A stretch of DNA of 64,000 nt from Chrysemys picta bellii (taxonomy: Eukaryota): contig NC_088792.1 in the NCBI RefSeq assembly GCF_011386835.1, positions 174,406,001 through 174,470,000 of the forward strand, read 5' to 3'. Of the stretch, positions 38,210 to 50,645 are shown piece by piece. The position numbers and the translations under genes were made by a program. The notes under the pieces are model-generated. The model saw only the letters and a list, made by a program, of their open reading frames with translations, had not been told where the DNA came from and did not search any database. How positions within the stretch are numbered: position 1 is the stretch's first letter; each line of letters opens with the position of its first letter.

Positions 38210-39031
38210 TCACTCACTCATGCCCGTCACCCCAATCAGGGTATGGGCCGCCAATCACAGATCTCCAGAGTCCTCTATCCTGGGCCATTTGCTCTAGCTT
38301 GTTCCAGGTATAGCCCATTGAAGGTCGCGTCGCCAGGTATTTCTTGGACGGCCTCTTTTCCGCTTGCCTTGGGGGTTCCACCGCAATGCCTGTCTAGTGA
38401 TGTTGGTTGGCTGCTTGCGTAGTGTGTGTCCTATCCAGCCCCACCTTCTCCTTCTAATTTCTTCCTCTGCTGGAAGTTGACGGGTCCTCTCCAAGAGGTA
38501 GATGTTGCTGATGGTGTCTGGCCAGCGGATCTGAAGAATCCATCTAAGGCAACTATTTATGCTTGGACAACACGAAGCCTACTCCCTGTGTGTGGGGTGC
38601 GTCGCTCTCTTCATGTCCGGAATACAGCAACAGCTCTCCTGTCAACAATTGTCTCTGTCCAGCTTGCGTCCATCTTGTCTCGCTAATGCCTAGTAGGGTC
38701 AGGTTGTTGCTCCTCATCTCTGCTGCGACCTGAGCCGTCTTTCTTGACTCGTACATGGTCCTCACATTCCATGTACCGATGGTAATCCTCCTAGTTGCAA
38801 GAAGGGTAATCGGCTTAGTGGCTTCCTCACGACTTTCACCACCCAGCGTCATGTGTCTTCGAGTTGAAGGCCCTTCTTTTTCCAGGCAAAAGTCTCTGTT
38901 ATCTCTTTTGTTGGCATTTCTGTAGCAAATTAATTTTTTATGGGGTGGAGTTGCTAGCCCCACGCCCAACCCTCCTCCTTTATCCTGACTTGGGACAGGC
39001 AGATGGCCCCAAAGGACCTCTCTGGTGGAGT
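38210..39031 (-). mobile_element. Internally deleted RTE-clade LINE nested in the CR1
   Basis: 12-bp TSD TTCATCCTGTTT (38198-38209, 39032-39043); (TGAG)n tail; IGTWNVRTM..LGISETRW fused at 38560/38561 to [32 protein letters not shown]. Confidence 0.85.
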
Positions 39032-39809
39032 TTCATCCTGTTTACCTCAGACCATTTCTTCAATTTGTCCAGATCATTTTGAATTATGACCCTGTCCTCC
39101 AAAGCAGTTGCAATCCCTCCCATGGTATCATCCGCAAACTTAATAAGCGTACTTTCTATGCCGATATCTAAGTCCTTAATGAAGATATTGAACAGAGCCA
39201 GTCCCAAAACAGACCCCTGCGGAACCCCACTTGTTATGCCTTTCCAGCAGGATTGGGAACCATTAATAACAACTCTCTGAGTATGGTTATCCAGCCAGTT
39301 ATGCACCCACCTTATAGTAGCCCCATCTAAATTGTATTTGCCTAGTTTATCGATAAGAATATCATGCGAGACCGTATCAAATGCCTTACTAAAGTCTAGG
39401 TATACCACATCCACCGCTTCTCCCTTATTCACAAGACTCGTTATTCTATCAAAGAAAGCTATCAGATTGGTTTGACACGACTTGTTCTTTACAAATCCAT
39501 GCTGGCTATTCTCTATCACCTTACCACCTTCCAAGTGTTTGCAGATGATTTCCTTAATTACTTGCTCCATTATCTTCCCTGGCACAGAAGTTAAACTAAC
39601 TGGTCTGTAGTTTCCTGGGTTGTTTTTATTTCCTTTTTATAGATGGGCACTATATTTGCCCTTTTCCAGTCTTCTGGAATCTCTCCCGTCTCCCATGATT
39701 TTCCAAAGATAATAGCTAGAGGCTCAGATACCTCCTCTATTAGCTCCTTGAGTATTCTAGGATGCATTTCATCAGGCCCTGGTGACTTGCAGGCATCTAA
39801 CTTTTCTAA

Positions 39810-39888
39810 AAAAACCAGGAGTACTTGTGGCACCTAGGTGGTACTCCTGTTCTTTTTGCGGATACAGACTAACACGGCCGCTACTCTG
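39810..39888. mobile_element. 79-bp Penelope-terminus hairpin insert in CR1 ORF2
   Basis: 12-bp TSD TAACTTTTCTAA (39798-39809, 39889-39900); contains CAGACTAACACGG and GTACTTGTGGCACC motifs shared with 54186-54308. Confidence 0.8.
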
Positions 39889-41327
39889 TAACTTTTCTAA
39901 GTGATTTTTAACTTGTTCTTTTTTTATTTTATCTGCTAAACCTACCCCCTTCCCATTAGCATTCACTATGTTAGGCATTCCTTCAGACTTCTCAGTGAAC
40001 ACCGAAACAAAGAAGTCATTAAGCATCTCTGCCATTTCCAAGTTTCCTGTTACTGTTTCTCCCTCTTCACTGAGCAGTGGGCCTACCCTGTCTTTGGTCT
40101 TCCTCTTGTTTCTAATGTATTGATAAAAAGTCTTCTTGTTTCCCTTTATTCCTGTACCTAGTTTGAGCTCATTTTGTGCCTTTTGCCTTTCTAATCTTGC
40201 CCCTGCATTCCTGTGTTGTTTGCCTATATTCATCCTTTGTAATCTGTCCTAGTTTCCATTTTTTATATGACGGCTTTGTATTTTTTAGACCATGCAAGAT
40301 CTCGTGGTTAAACCAAGGTGGTCTTTTGCCACATTTTCTATCTTTCCTAACCAGCGGAATAGCTTGCTTTTGGGCCCTTAATAGTGTCCCTTTGAAAAAC
40401 TTCCAACTCTCCTCAGTTATTTTTCCCCTCAGTCTTGATTTCCATTGGACCTTACCTATCAGCTCTCTGAGCTTACCAGAATCCGCCTTCCTGAAATCCA
40501 TTGTCTCTATTTTGCTGTACTCCCTTCTACCCTTCCTTAGAATTGCAAACTCTATGATTTCATGATCACTTTCACCCAAGCTGCCTTCTACTTTCAAATT
40601 CTCAATGAGTTCCTCCCTATTTGTTAAAATCAAGCTTCCTCCCTAGTAGCTTTTTCAACCTTCTGAAATAAAAAGTTGTCTGCAATGCAGTCCAAGAATT
40701 TGTTGGATAGTCTGTGCACCGCTGTGTTATTTTCCCAACATATATTTAGATAGTTGAAGTCCCCCATCACCACCAAATCTTGGGCTTTGGATGATTTTGT
40801 TAGTTGTTTAAAAAAAGCCTCGTCCACCTCTTCCACTTGGTTAGGTGGCCTGTAGTAGAATCCTAGCATGACATTACCCTTGTTTTTTACCCCTTTTAGC
40901 CTAACCCAGAGACTCTCAACATTTCCGTCTCCTATGTCCATTTCCACCTCAGTCCAAGTGTGTACATTTTTAATATATAAGGCAACAGCTCCTCCCTTTT
41001 TCCCCTGTCTAGCCTTCCTGAGCAAGCTGTACCCATCCACACCAACATTCCAATCATGTGTATTATCCCACCAAGTTTCAGTGATGCCAACAATGTCATA
41101 GTTGTATTTATTTATTAACACTTCCAGTTCTTCCTGCTTATTACCCATACTTCTCGCATTTGTATATAGGCATCTAAGATACTGGTTTGATCTTGCCTAC
41201 CAGTTTTGCCCTGACCCTCCTTTCTCTCAGCCATGATAGCCCACACTCCCTTTTGTTTCCGACCCATCTCCCAGGTCTCCATGTTAACCACTTACCTGTG
41301 GGCTTTGCTCACCTGTCCCCGTCGAAC

Positions 41328-42395
41328 CTAGTTTAAAGCCCTCCTCACTAGGTTAGCCAGTCTGTGTCCAAATAGGGTCTTTCCCCTCCTCGAAAGGTGA
41401 ACGCCATCTCTGCCTAGCAGTCCTTCCTCAAATAGCATCCCGTGGTCAAGGAAGCCAAAGCCCTCCTGGCGACACCATCTTCGCAGCCAGGCATTCACCT
41501 CCATGATGCATCTGTCTCTGCCCGGGCCCCTACCTTTGACAGGAAGAATCGAAGAGAATACCACCTGCACTTCAAACTCCTTCACCTGTACTCCCAGAGC
41601 CCTGTAGCCACTCTTGATCCACTCAGTGTCACACCTCGCAGTATCATTTGTGCCCACATGGATGAGTAGCATGGGGTAGTAGTCAGAGGGCTGGATAATC
41701 CTCGACAATGCCTCCGTAACATTTCGGATACGGGCCCCCGGCAGGCAGCATACCTCCCGAGATGAAATGTCAGGGCGACAGATGGGCGCCTCCGTTCCCC
41801 TCAGCAGAGAGTCTCCGACCACCACTACCCTACGTTTCCTATTCGCAGTGGTGGCAGCAGACCTCCCAGCCTTAGGGGTACGAGGCTTCTCCTCCTTTAC
41901 TGTAGGGGGTGATTCCTTCTCTCCTGTATCAAGAAGAGCATAACGGTTACCTGTTACCACGGCGGGAGGGTTCGGAGCAGGGGTGGAGCACTGCCTGCTG
42001 CCAGAAGTAACCAGCCGCCAGTGTCCACCCTGAGCCATCTCCTCCTCCACCAGTGGTGTATCAGCAGTCCTGTGTACTGGGACAGCTACCTCAGCTTTGT
42101 CCACATGGACACTGTCCAGGAATTGCTCGTGGATTCGGATGCTCCTCAACCTAGCCACCTCCTCCTGTAGCTCTCCCACCTGCTGCCTGAGAGATTCCAC
42201 CAGCAGGCACCTTTCACATTGGATGGTCCCCCCAGCCTGGATATCAGTAAGTGGAAATTGCAAGTTACAGTCTCTGCAAAACCACACCAGGATCTGGGTA
42301 GAAGCATCCATGCTCAGGCGCTCTGTCTGGCTACAGGCGCAGGTGGAGGAGACAGAAGCAGTGCTGGCACAGGTGTTGCGGGTCTTCCTAACCAT
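41328..42395 (-). CDS. CR1 ORF1, intact 355 aa: Zn-finger/leucine-zipper plus SGNH esterase
   Basis: CRDC..CERC, LRQQVGELQEEVARL; VVVGDSLL, HVGTND and DGVH blocks; no stops. Confidence 0.88.
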   Translation of the reverse strand: MVRKTRNTCASTASVSSTCACSQTERLSMDASTQILVWFCRDCNLQFPLTDIQAGGTIQCERCLLVESLRQQVGELQEEVARLRSIRIHEQFLDSVHVDKAEVAVPVHRTADTPLVEEEMAQGGHWRLVTSGSRQCSTPAPNPPAVVTGNRYALLDTGEKESPPTVKEEKPRTPKAGRSAATTANRKRRVVVVGDSLLRGTEAPICRPDISSREVCCLPGARIRNVTEALSRIIQPSDYYPMLLIHVGTNDTARCDTEWIKSGYRALGVQVKEFEVQVVFSSILPVKGRGPGRDRCIMEVNAWLRRWCRQEGFGFLDHGMLFEEGLLGRDGVHLSRRGKTLFGHRLANLVRRALN

Positions 42396-43345
42396 CTTAA
42401 GCCTCCCTCTGTCAAACTCCCCTGTCTGCAGCCCACTGTCCGCTGAAAGGGTTGTTTAAGCAAGAAGTTTTGAATGTAGTTAGGTTTATAGGTTTTAAAG
42501 GGAATAAAGGGAAACGGACAGAACCCGCAAGGGACGCCCGCTCCCCTTCCAAACTCCCTTGCGAAACTCCCTGTTAGCAGCCCCAGATGGTTGGGATAAA
42601 GGGTGAAATTAAAGCATAGGTTGAGAAGAATAAATGTGAATTGGTTTTTGAAGATGTCAGGATTATGGTGAAAAATCCTGCCAGTGGTCCTAGAGGAGAA
42701 AGCAAATTCTTTAAGTTTTCTTTACTGTAGGAATGTTGCAAGGTGCAATTTTATTTGTAGATTACCCTCTGCAATTCTTAATTGCATATTTCACTGTTTC
42801 TATATCTGCTTCCATCATAATTTATGTTCCCCGTCTGTTACACTGAGTGAACATACAGTTTGCAGAATTTGCAGCCAAGGTGTTATTTCCATGAAACATA
42901 TGAAGGGCCCCAAACAAAACCTCTCATCATGGTTTTGTAAGTTTTCTTATACATTTCACAGTACTTTCCGGTGTTGCATTTGAGGAAGAAATATAATAGA
43001 GGCTCACAAGAAAAGATGCTAGTTTTTCATTTTGTGGTTCTCTTGGCATGACTATACTTCAAGATGTTACAAAATTTCCATTCTTGTTAGGAAGTCATAA
43101 TTTAGCCATCAGCCATGTGCTCCTGGCTGACACTGGGCATTAAAAAAATATCCCAAAGGTGAATACAAAAAAGAGAAGGAAAGGAAAACAAATCAAGCCA
43201 TTTCGAAGTTACAACTGAGCCTTGGAGGAGTCAGGTAGATTCAGGCCTCCCACCCCAAATATGTCATGCCACATGGTTCTATCTGCTGGTGGTGGTGCTG
43301 CTGTATTAATTTGCAGAACAGTCTGTGACTAAATATACTTCTGTT

Positions 43346-43504
43346 GTTGTATGCGGGGTAGTTGTAGACATGTCGGTCCCAGGATACTAGAGAGGCTTTT
43401 GAGCCACAAAGAGCTAACCTGAGGAAGAGCTCTGAAGCTTGTCTCTCTCGCCAGCAGAAGTTGGTCCCGTAAAAGATATTACCTCACTCACCTTATCTCT
43501 CTCT
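43346..43504. mobile_element. Mini Penelope-like insert, inverted terminal pieces, hammerhead remnant
   Basis: 13-bp TSD ATATACTTCTGTT (43333-43345, 43505-43517); CTGAGGAagagctct-gaagcttgtct at 43419-43444; same family as 27888-27983. Confidence 0.7.
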
Positions 43505-46013
43505 ATATACTTCTGTTAAGCAAGGACAAGGAGGTGGATGTGACTTCCACTCCATAGCGGAGGGGCTGTACCAAAAAAAGGCAAAAAGCGCTACAGACCA
43601 CTTTGTGGAGCATGAGGAGAGAAGGCAGAAAGGGACTGGGAAAGGAGTTAAGCAGTATTTTCACAGTATTGCCAAACCTGAGAAATCCAAAATCCTGACA
43701 GATGCCACCAAAAAGCACGCATTTGGCTTAAAAATCACAGGAATTTTAAAAACTAAATATGTTGTGTGGGGGGGGGGGGGTTGACTCTCACTGCTGATTT
43801 CTTTACTCTTAGTGGAATTCCCCTTGATGGCGGGGGTGTGAAGTGCTTGTTTTAGGATGAAAGTTCAACCTGAAATGGACACACAATGCCCCCTCTTCCT
43901 CATAATGGGAACGCCAATTTCTCACTCCTAATCCCTGGGTGACATCTTTTTCTTCTCTGCCTCCTTCGCCTCCTCCTCACACTTTCCAGCAATCACCCTC
44001 ACTCTTGCACCCCTACCCCTAGAAGATGAAGCCTATCCAGCTCCTTTTGCCCGTTTATCTACATGAAGTGTGAAATTCACCCTCTATAGGCGGTTTAGGC
44101 ACTCAGCATAGAGATGTTTTGGGGAACGGTTACGGTGGGATTTTAAAAAGGATTCAGTGACGACCTAACTCTGTTGCTATTGAAGTCAACGGGAGTATTG
44201 TCACCTTTGACTTCAGTGGAAATAGGGTTAGGTCAACTTTGAGCACCTTAAAAAATCCTCCCCTTTGAGCAAGGTCAATCACAGCGATGCTGAACTGTGC
44301 TTGTAAAAGAAGAGTTAGGCCAGTCAGTACGAACAGGGCCGTAACAAACTGAGCCAAGTCTATGTTCAGTGCTACGCTCTCAGCACGTTCAATTATTATT
44401 TTCCCTCTTTACACTTTTAATGTGCATATTGATAGTTTCTCTGTATTAATTTACACCACACTATACTACACTAAATACAGATTTGAGCCAAAGGTTGGTT
44501 TAATATGATATGGTGCACATATAAATTGTACAGATTCTTTGAAATGCAGATTATGGGAGTTCTCTTTTGTTATATTGTTTTATTTTGTTAATGATTTTGT
44601 GTTAATGTATTGTGTTTTGGAAAGAATGAGAAATTCTGCACTAACGGTCTATGAAGGAGAGCTGTGTATGTTACCATGTATTCATTTATTTATAAATGAA
44701 GACTAAAAAAGAGCACCTGTCTTTTGCTCTAGCTGTGCCTGACAAGGTACAGTGATAAATTAGAGAACTCCTACAATACCCTGTTTGCCAAGCTGTCCCA
44801 GCAGCAAAAATAATATTTTACATCCTCCTACCCTGCCAGACTGAAAATCTCACATCCCAGGTGATGTTTGAGATTCAGCCAGAGTTGGAGGAGGTGAAGA
44901 TGTCTTATGGGTCCCTACCTCTGGCATGGTCTGGTTAGGACACCTCTTGGGATCAGGACGAAGGCCCGATGGTGCCATGTTAGATCCTGAAGTTCCAGGA
45001 GACAGTGGCTAGGATTTGTTGTCAGACAGCTGCTTCTTCTGTAGCCTCCAGTTTTCTCCCAAAAATCTCTTTTATTTTTAAGGACCTCAAAAGGGGGAGT
45101 GACGGACAGAATAGTCTATCCGCTTATTATTTTTTCCACCAATTAGGCCAATTTCTGACACCAATTTTGGTTTATTGATGTCCAGTCTCACACTTCACTT
45201 GTTTACCAGGCATGAATTTAACACAGTCCTTAAGTTATATCAGTAGGTCTTTTTGTTTGATCTAATTCAGTCTTTCTGTCTTCCTTTTGCGCCTTTTATC
45301 AGCAACATTTATTGTTATATGTGATTGGAATATTTCATAAATTGTATAGGTCCAGTTATTATAACAACACTACCCCTTACTCAGGGCTGTGTACAAAGTA
45401 CACAGTCTTCCAATACTGTTTCTGTGTGTGTTTTGTAGATACAAATAATTGTTGAAATTTAAGCAGTTTGTCAACCATGGAAATCCAATTGTGAGCACTT
45501 TCCACTGGGTACCCTGAAGTAAAGTATGCACTAACAATATTTGAAAGAGCCCAGTAGAATGTGATGTACTCAGTAGAACTCTCTTTCAAAGCTTGTAGAG
45601 TCTAATCCCATATAATGCATATTTCATGGGAATATATTTTAAAAATAATTCGATCCTTGGATAGCACAAGGGACCTATTGACAGAAATGTTTATGGCCAA
45701 GAGTGTACAACTGTTGAAATTTTTTAGACAGAAGATCAATATGTGGGCACAGCTTCAAAAGCCGATAATACTTTCTCTGGTCCCTGAGGAGAGCCGTTAC
45801 AATTGTTTAGTGCAAGAACTGAAGGAGTATGTCTCTGATGAGAAAAAGAGAAAATCAGGGTTAGCTGCTGTGAGCAGAGATTTTTCAGAGCACAATGAAT
45901 AACTGGTTCTTTAGATGTGGTTGTACACTTTGTTCTACAAGAGAGAAATTAATTTTATTGGTGTATCAGTATACATTTGCTATCATGTCACAATCACTTT
46001 AAATAGTTATGAG

Positions 46014-46595
46014 TAGTGCTGGTCAGAACTTGGGATTTCCAATTTATCAGAAATTTTGACATTTCAAAATTTGGTTTTGTTCCAAATTTGACTGAAACCA
46101 AATTTTTCAAAATTTATCTCAAACTCAAAATTCTGAAAAAATTTTATTTCAGCAACACTGACCCAGGGTGTTTCTGAAACAAAATGTGCTCCGCAGGACT
46201 GGCAACTGCTGACTGAAATTGAAATTCTTGTCAGTTGCACTGGTGCTAAAAGAATGTCAGTTTCAGTCAGTGGCTGCTAGGGCTCCAGGATTTGTGAATC
46301 CAAGGTAGGTCTGCAAAAAGTCCAGGAGTTTCAGGCCATGAAAGCCTGTCCGAGGCCTCCAGGTTCCCAGCGCCACACCAGGGAGCCTGGAAGCCCTGAG
46401 AGCCTGGCCTCAGGAATCTAGTTCCTGAGAACCCTAGCTACACCCTGATCTTCCAGGATTGCCAGGGTCTCTGGTAGAGAGCCAGAAGCTGAACCACAGT
46501 TAGAACAGGTTCTCGGCTCTGTGGCACAGTTTGCATTTGACAAACCAGTATTTTCCGACAAAACTTCTTCAGTGGCAAATTTCCCACCAGCTCTA
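46014..46595. mobile_element. hAT MITE
   Basis: TAGTGCTGGT / ACCAGCTCTA TIRs; perfect TSD GTTATGAG. Confidence 0.8.
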
Positions 46596-46689
46596 GTTAT
46601 GAGCCTGGGCAATATCGTTTCAGACTGGGAATTTCTTTTATAATGCTGCCTTCAGAGCGGTATACAAGTAGTAGCAGGAAGATGTTAAT

Positions 46690-46985
46690 AATGTTTTGCA
46701 TATATGTCAGGCCTTTTGTCCAAGGATCACAAAGTCCTTTATAAATGTGGGCATTATTTTACAAAGGGGGAAAGTGATGCACAGGGAGATTATGACTTTC
46801 CAAAGACCAACAATGAGTGAGTAGCAGAGTTGTCTCTGGAACCTAGAATTTATTATTATTGTTTATTTTATTACAGTGGTGCCTCAGAGTTCCAATCATG
46901 GACCACAATTCCACTATGCTAGACGTTGTACAAATATAGAGCCACAAGACGATCCCTGCCCCAAACATCTGACAATCATCAGTAG
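46690..46985 (-). mobile_element. MIR-like SINE plus L2-type tail
   Basis: attttacaaagggggaaagtgatgcacagggaga core; (TTA)n tail and gatccctgccccaaac block. Confidence 0.45.
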
Positions 46986-49900
46986 CTTGCAACATCCAGT
47001 CCCCTGCTCTAACCCATATACCATGTTGCCTCCAAATATATTGATCAAAATTTGCACTCATTATATATAACCTGTTTTACAGATTTTTTTATGTTTTCAT
47101 TTTGAAAGAAAATCTCAATCACATGCTAAATGGTATTTGGTGATGTGTTGTGTATAAAGTGTTGCATTTCAATCTGTTAGCTACTTTGACAGCCCACACC
47201 TAATATAAGGATAAAATACAAGCAAGTAATTGAATCAAAATGTGATGTTCTTTTGGATTTAGCTATTGTGCGGTACTTGTTTCTCTTTGAGAAAATCTAG
47301 AAAAGACCACCCTAGTAAAACACAAAACAGCCCAGATTAATGATGGTGAAATTTTGCCAACAAACTTGCATCTGGGCAATAAACTTGTTTGGAGTGAATT
47401 TGTCCAGCTGTAGTTTATACCCCTGATAAATGAGGTTTATAATTGAATTTCTGAACACTGCAGTACCTCTCATTCTCTCCAGCCAAATGGCAATCTCTTT
47501 TATATTTATAATATTTTTTTCTTCAGTTTATATTATCACTCTCTCTAGGGGCACTTTAAAACATACAAAATCCCCAGAGCTACCTACGTTGACAAAATGT
47601 TAGCAATGCAAAAAGGAACTCAACATACACGTGCTGAAATAAAGCAACGTCCGACCCATTAGGCAAAATCTTGGGAAGTAGATAGGCAATATGCTTGGAA
47701 GGTCAGCAAATTTGGGTTTTATCAGATGGGTGGAATTTGCTTCCCCCATGTCATCCATTGTGGATGTCCAACCCCCAGACATACAATTCTAAAGACTTAA
47801 AATTTGAGCATCCCAGCTATTCATAACTTTAGCGTAAAATACAAGGAGAAAGGCAATTTCTAAGGTAGCTGGGACATAGACCATAAAGGGCTTTGGGTTC
47901 AAAACCAATATCTTGAATTGCTTGTGAGAACTGAGTGGAAACTTTATCCAGCTGATGGAGCTTGAGAAAGTTCTGTTTATGGCAGTGTTCATTTATATAA
48001 CTTAGAAAAGTTTTCTGAGATTTGGGTAGAATCGTGGTCCTTATTGAAGTCAGTGAGAGTTTTGCCACTAACTTCAATGAGGCAGGGTTTCATCCTAGGA
48101 CTTTAGAGAAGGTAGTTTGGGGGGAAAAGGGAGGAAGTGGAGTCAGTTTAGGAATGTGGAAGCTGGAAAAGGTGAGAGCTGTGGGAAGGGAGAAATCAAG
48201 ACATGGAAAAGGTAAAAAAGTGAAGGGGGATAAAAAGGAGAATTGATTGGGTGGGAGGGAGAATTTTCTCCTCTTCCCATTTCTGCCATCTCCCCCATCC
48301 CCCTTTTGCCATTACCTCTCCTCTTCTTTTCTGTTATCTATTTCTTCCTGCCCAAGAACTTCTATAGAAGCAGGACCCCTTTCCAACTTGGCTATTTAGC
48401 CTGGTGAAATATTGGCAAGTAAGGATGATATGTGTTAATTACTTATTAGAAGAGAGTTAATAGGAGTGATTGTTTCCCTTGGGAGTTATTCTTAAATAGG
48501 CTCTCCTTTTAGTGTGTACAAGGCTATTTTGATTATGGAAGAAAAATAAACATAAATATTAAAAACTCAGTCAAAGTCTTTAAAGTTCTTTTATTTAGTT
48601 TTCAAGTGAAGCAAACAGAACAGATCAGTCTGACACAGGAGACAAAGCTATGTTCTCAAAGCAGTTATTACTGTTAGAAAATTATTCCAAATCTGAGTTT
48701 AAAAAAAAAAACAGTTTTTTTTCGCCTCATATGGTAGGCATAATTGAATGTTTACTTCTTTTCTGGCATTCCTGAAGAGTGGCTTATGTAGCATGCAGAG
48801 TCTGAAAGACACATCCTTGTTTAAGGAGGTAATTTAAACTGGATTGCACTCAGGAGCCTGACGCATCAATTTAAAGGAGTTAGAAGATAATATGAATAGT
48901 TCTGATTTTCGTTTTAGATGAAGAGATCAGTTCAGCAGAACTTTGATAAGTTTTCAGCATCAGTTGATTAACATTCCATTCATCTGACCTCATTATAGAA
49001 TGCTTTTCTAATCCTGTTCCTAGACGCATCTATATTAGACTGGTGACTTTTGCTGTGTTGGCATTTCCATTATAGCACCCTTTGTCCCCAAACCATAATG
49101 GAGTTTTACCCATACCAGAAAACCATTTTTTTAAAACACTAGATTAAAAATGATTTCTTTCTAACATGGGTTAAACATACTTTATCTGATCACTGTGGCC
49201 TTCATTTAGAATATGGATCTTAGTCCATGCTGACTAGCCAAACATTGTTTAACTCTTGTTTTCAGAAACCATTATAAAACCAGTGCTTATTAACAATTCC
49301 TTAGCACATGTAAAATATGGACCCAAGTCTTTGTTTGAGGCATTTCTAACTCAGCTGTAGAAATACATATCAGCATGCATGCAAGATTTCAGCCTGGAGA
49401 GGAGAGCTCTTTCTTTAAATTAAAGAGAATTCTTCTCAAATTCCTCTTAACAGTTTTTATTCTCCTCAGTGCTGTGTCTCCATCTGATCTACCCCAGTTG
49501 GTGCAGTTCTTCACTGCCTGACACCTGTGTAGTCCGTTACACCCGTGTAAATAGAGTGCAAGATTCTATCATTCTGATTTGACAGCATTTTACATCCACT
49601 TTGCATTTGATAGCATTTTACACCCATTACTCAGAAGAAACACAATGGAGAATCAGGCCCTGAGCCTTTAGCTGAAATTGGAGCTTGAATGAGGATGACT
49701 GGCAGAGAGTCAATGCACATAAGACTGGGATAATGCTTATACATTCAGGGACGCAACCAGGAGAAATGGCACAGAAGTGTATCAGCTCTGTTGATTGAGG
49801 AAGTGTGTTTGTGATTTATCCCTCATGTTCACAATTTGGAGGTTTTATTAAATCTTCACCCCCTACTGGGTAACAGCTGTAGCCAAGACTCTTTTTCCTC

Positions 49901-50330
49901 ATCTGTGCTTGGCAAGAAGAATGCATCCTTTTCTTTCTAATTCCTACCTTGCATTTCTCACCTCAAGATTAGAGTACTGTAACATGGGGCTACATTTTAA
50001 GCAATGTTTCATGCAGAGAGCTCGTTACACTTGTGTTCTGTAGTATTCTCTGGCTGTAGATTAGTTTCTGAGGGGAATTTATGTCATAATAGTTGGGTCC
50101 TGGCTACGTGACAGTCCACATCTCTACCTGCAGTTTCAGTCAGTAAAGGTGCTCAAGCTAACAGTCAATAACAATCTTTAAACGGGAGGAGTGGGGGAGG
50201 AATCAGGTCTTTATCAACTCACTCCAGTCCTTAGTCTGCCAGATTTGGATTCATTGATTTACAGCACACACTGTACCCAAGCTGCTTTACACTCCTGATA
50301 CCGCTTCAACCTTAAGATCAGAGTTTAGTT

Positions 50331-50437
50331 CAGTGGTTCTCACCCTTTTTACCATTGTGGGTCGCACCCAATACTACCTGTATGGCCCTGAGGGGCCGAA
50401 GCTCTGTGCTGATTGGGACGCAAGATGAGAACCACTG
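50331..50437. mobile_element. 107-bp hAT MITE
   Basis: CAGTGGTTCTCA / TGAGAACCACTG; TSD GTTTAGTT / GTTGAGTT. Confidence 0.8.
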
Positions 50438-50645
50438 GTTGAGTTTCTCTCACCTCTCAGTAACTGCAGTAACTGCCCCGTCTCATAGTTCCAAGACTCA
50501 GTTTAATTGTCTTGAATAAAATAATTCCTTACTGGCAATTTTACAGAAGTAATAATAAGGAATAAGAAGTAGTAATAAGGAAACTGTATAATAAAAGGTA
50601 GTGTAGGTATAAAAATAAGCATGATTGAGATGCATATGAGAGAAT

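Larger units (their letters stand above)
37606..41180 (-). pseudogene. CR1 ORF2 (endonuclease + RT), disrupted
   Basis: [49 protein letters not shown]; frameshifts, a deletion and two insertions. Confidence 0.9.
37522..42584 (-). mobile_element. Near-full-length CR1 LINE (antisense to FARS2) with two nested insertions
   Basis: 3' tail TAGAATCTATGAATCT, ORF2 (APE + RT), ORF1 and 5' UTR present; about 100-bp deletion near 37826. Confidence 0.92.

Noticed and set aside
45615-45902. 95-aa ORF MHISWEYILK...
   Set aside because: AT-rich, no recognisable domain, splice context or codon bias.
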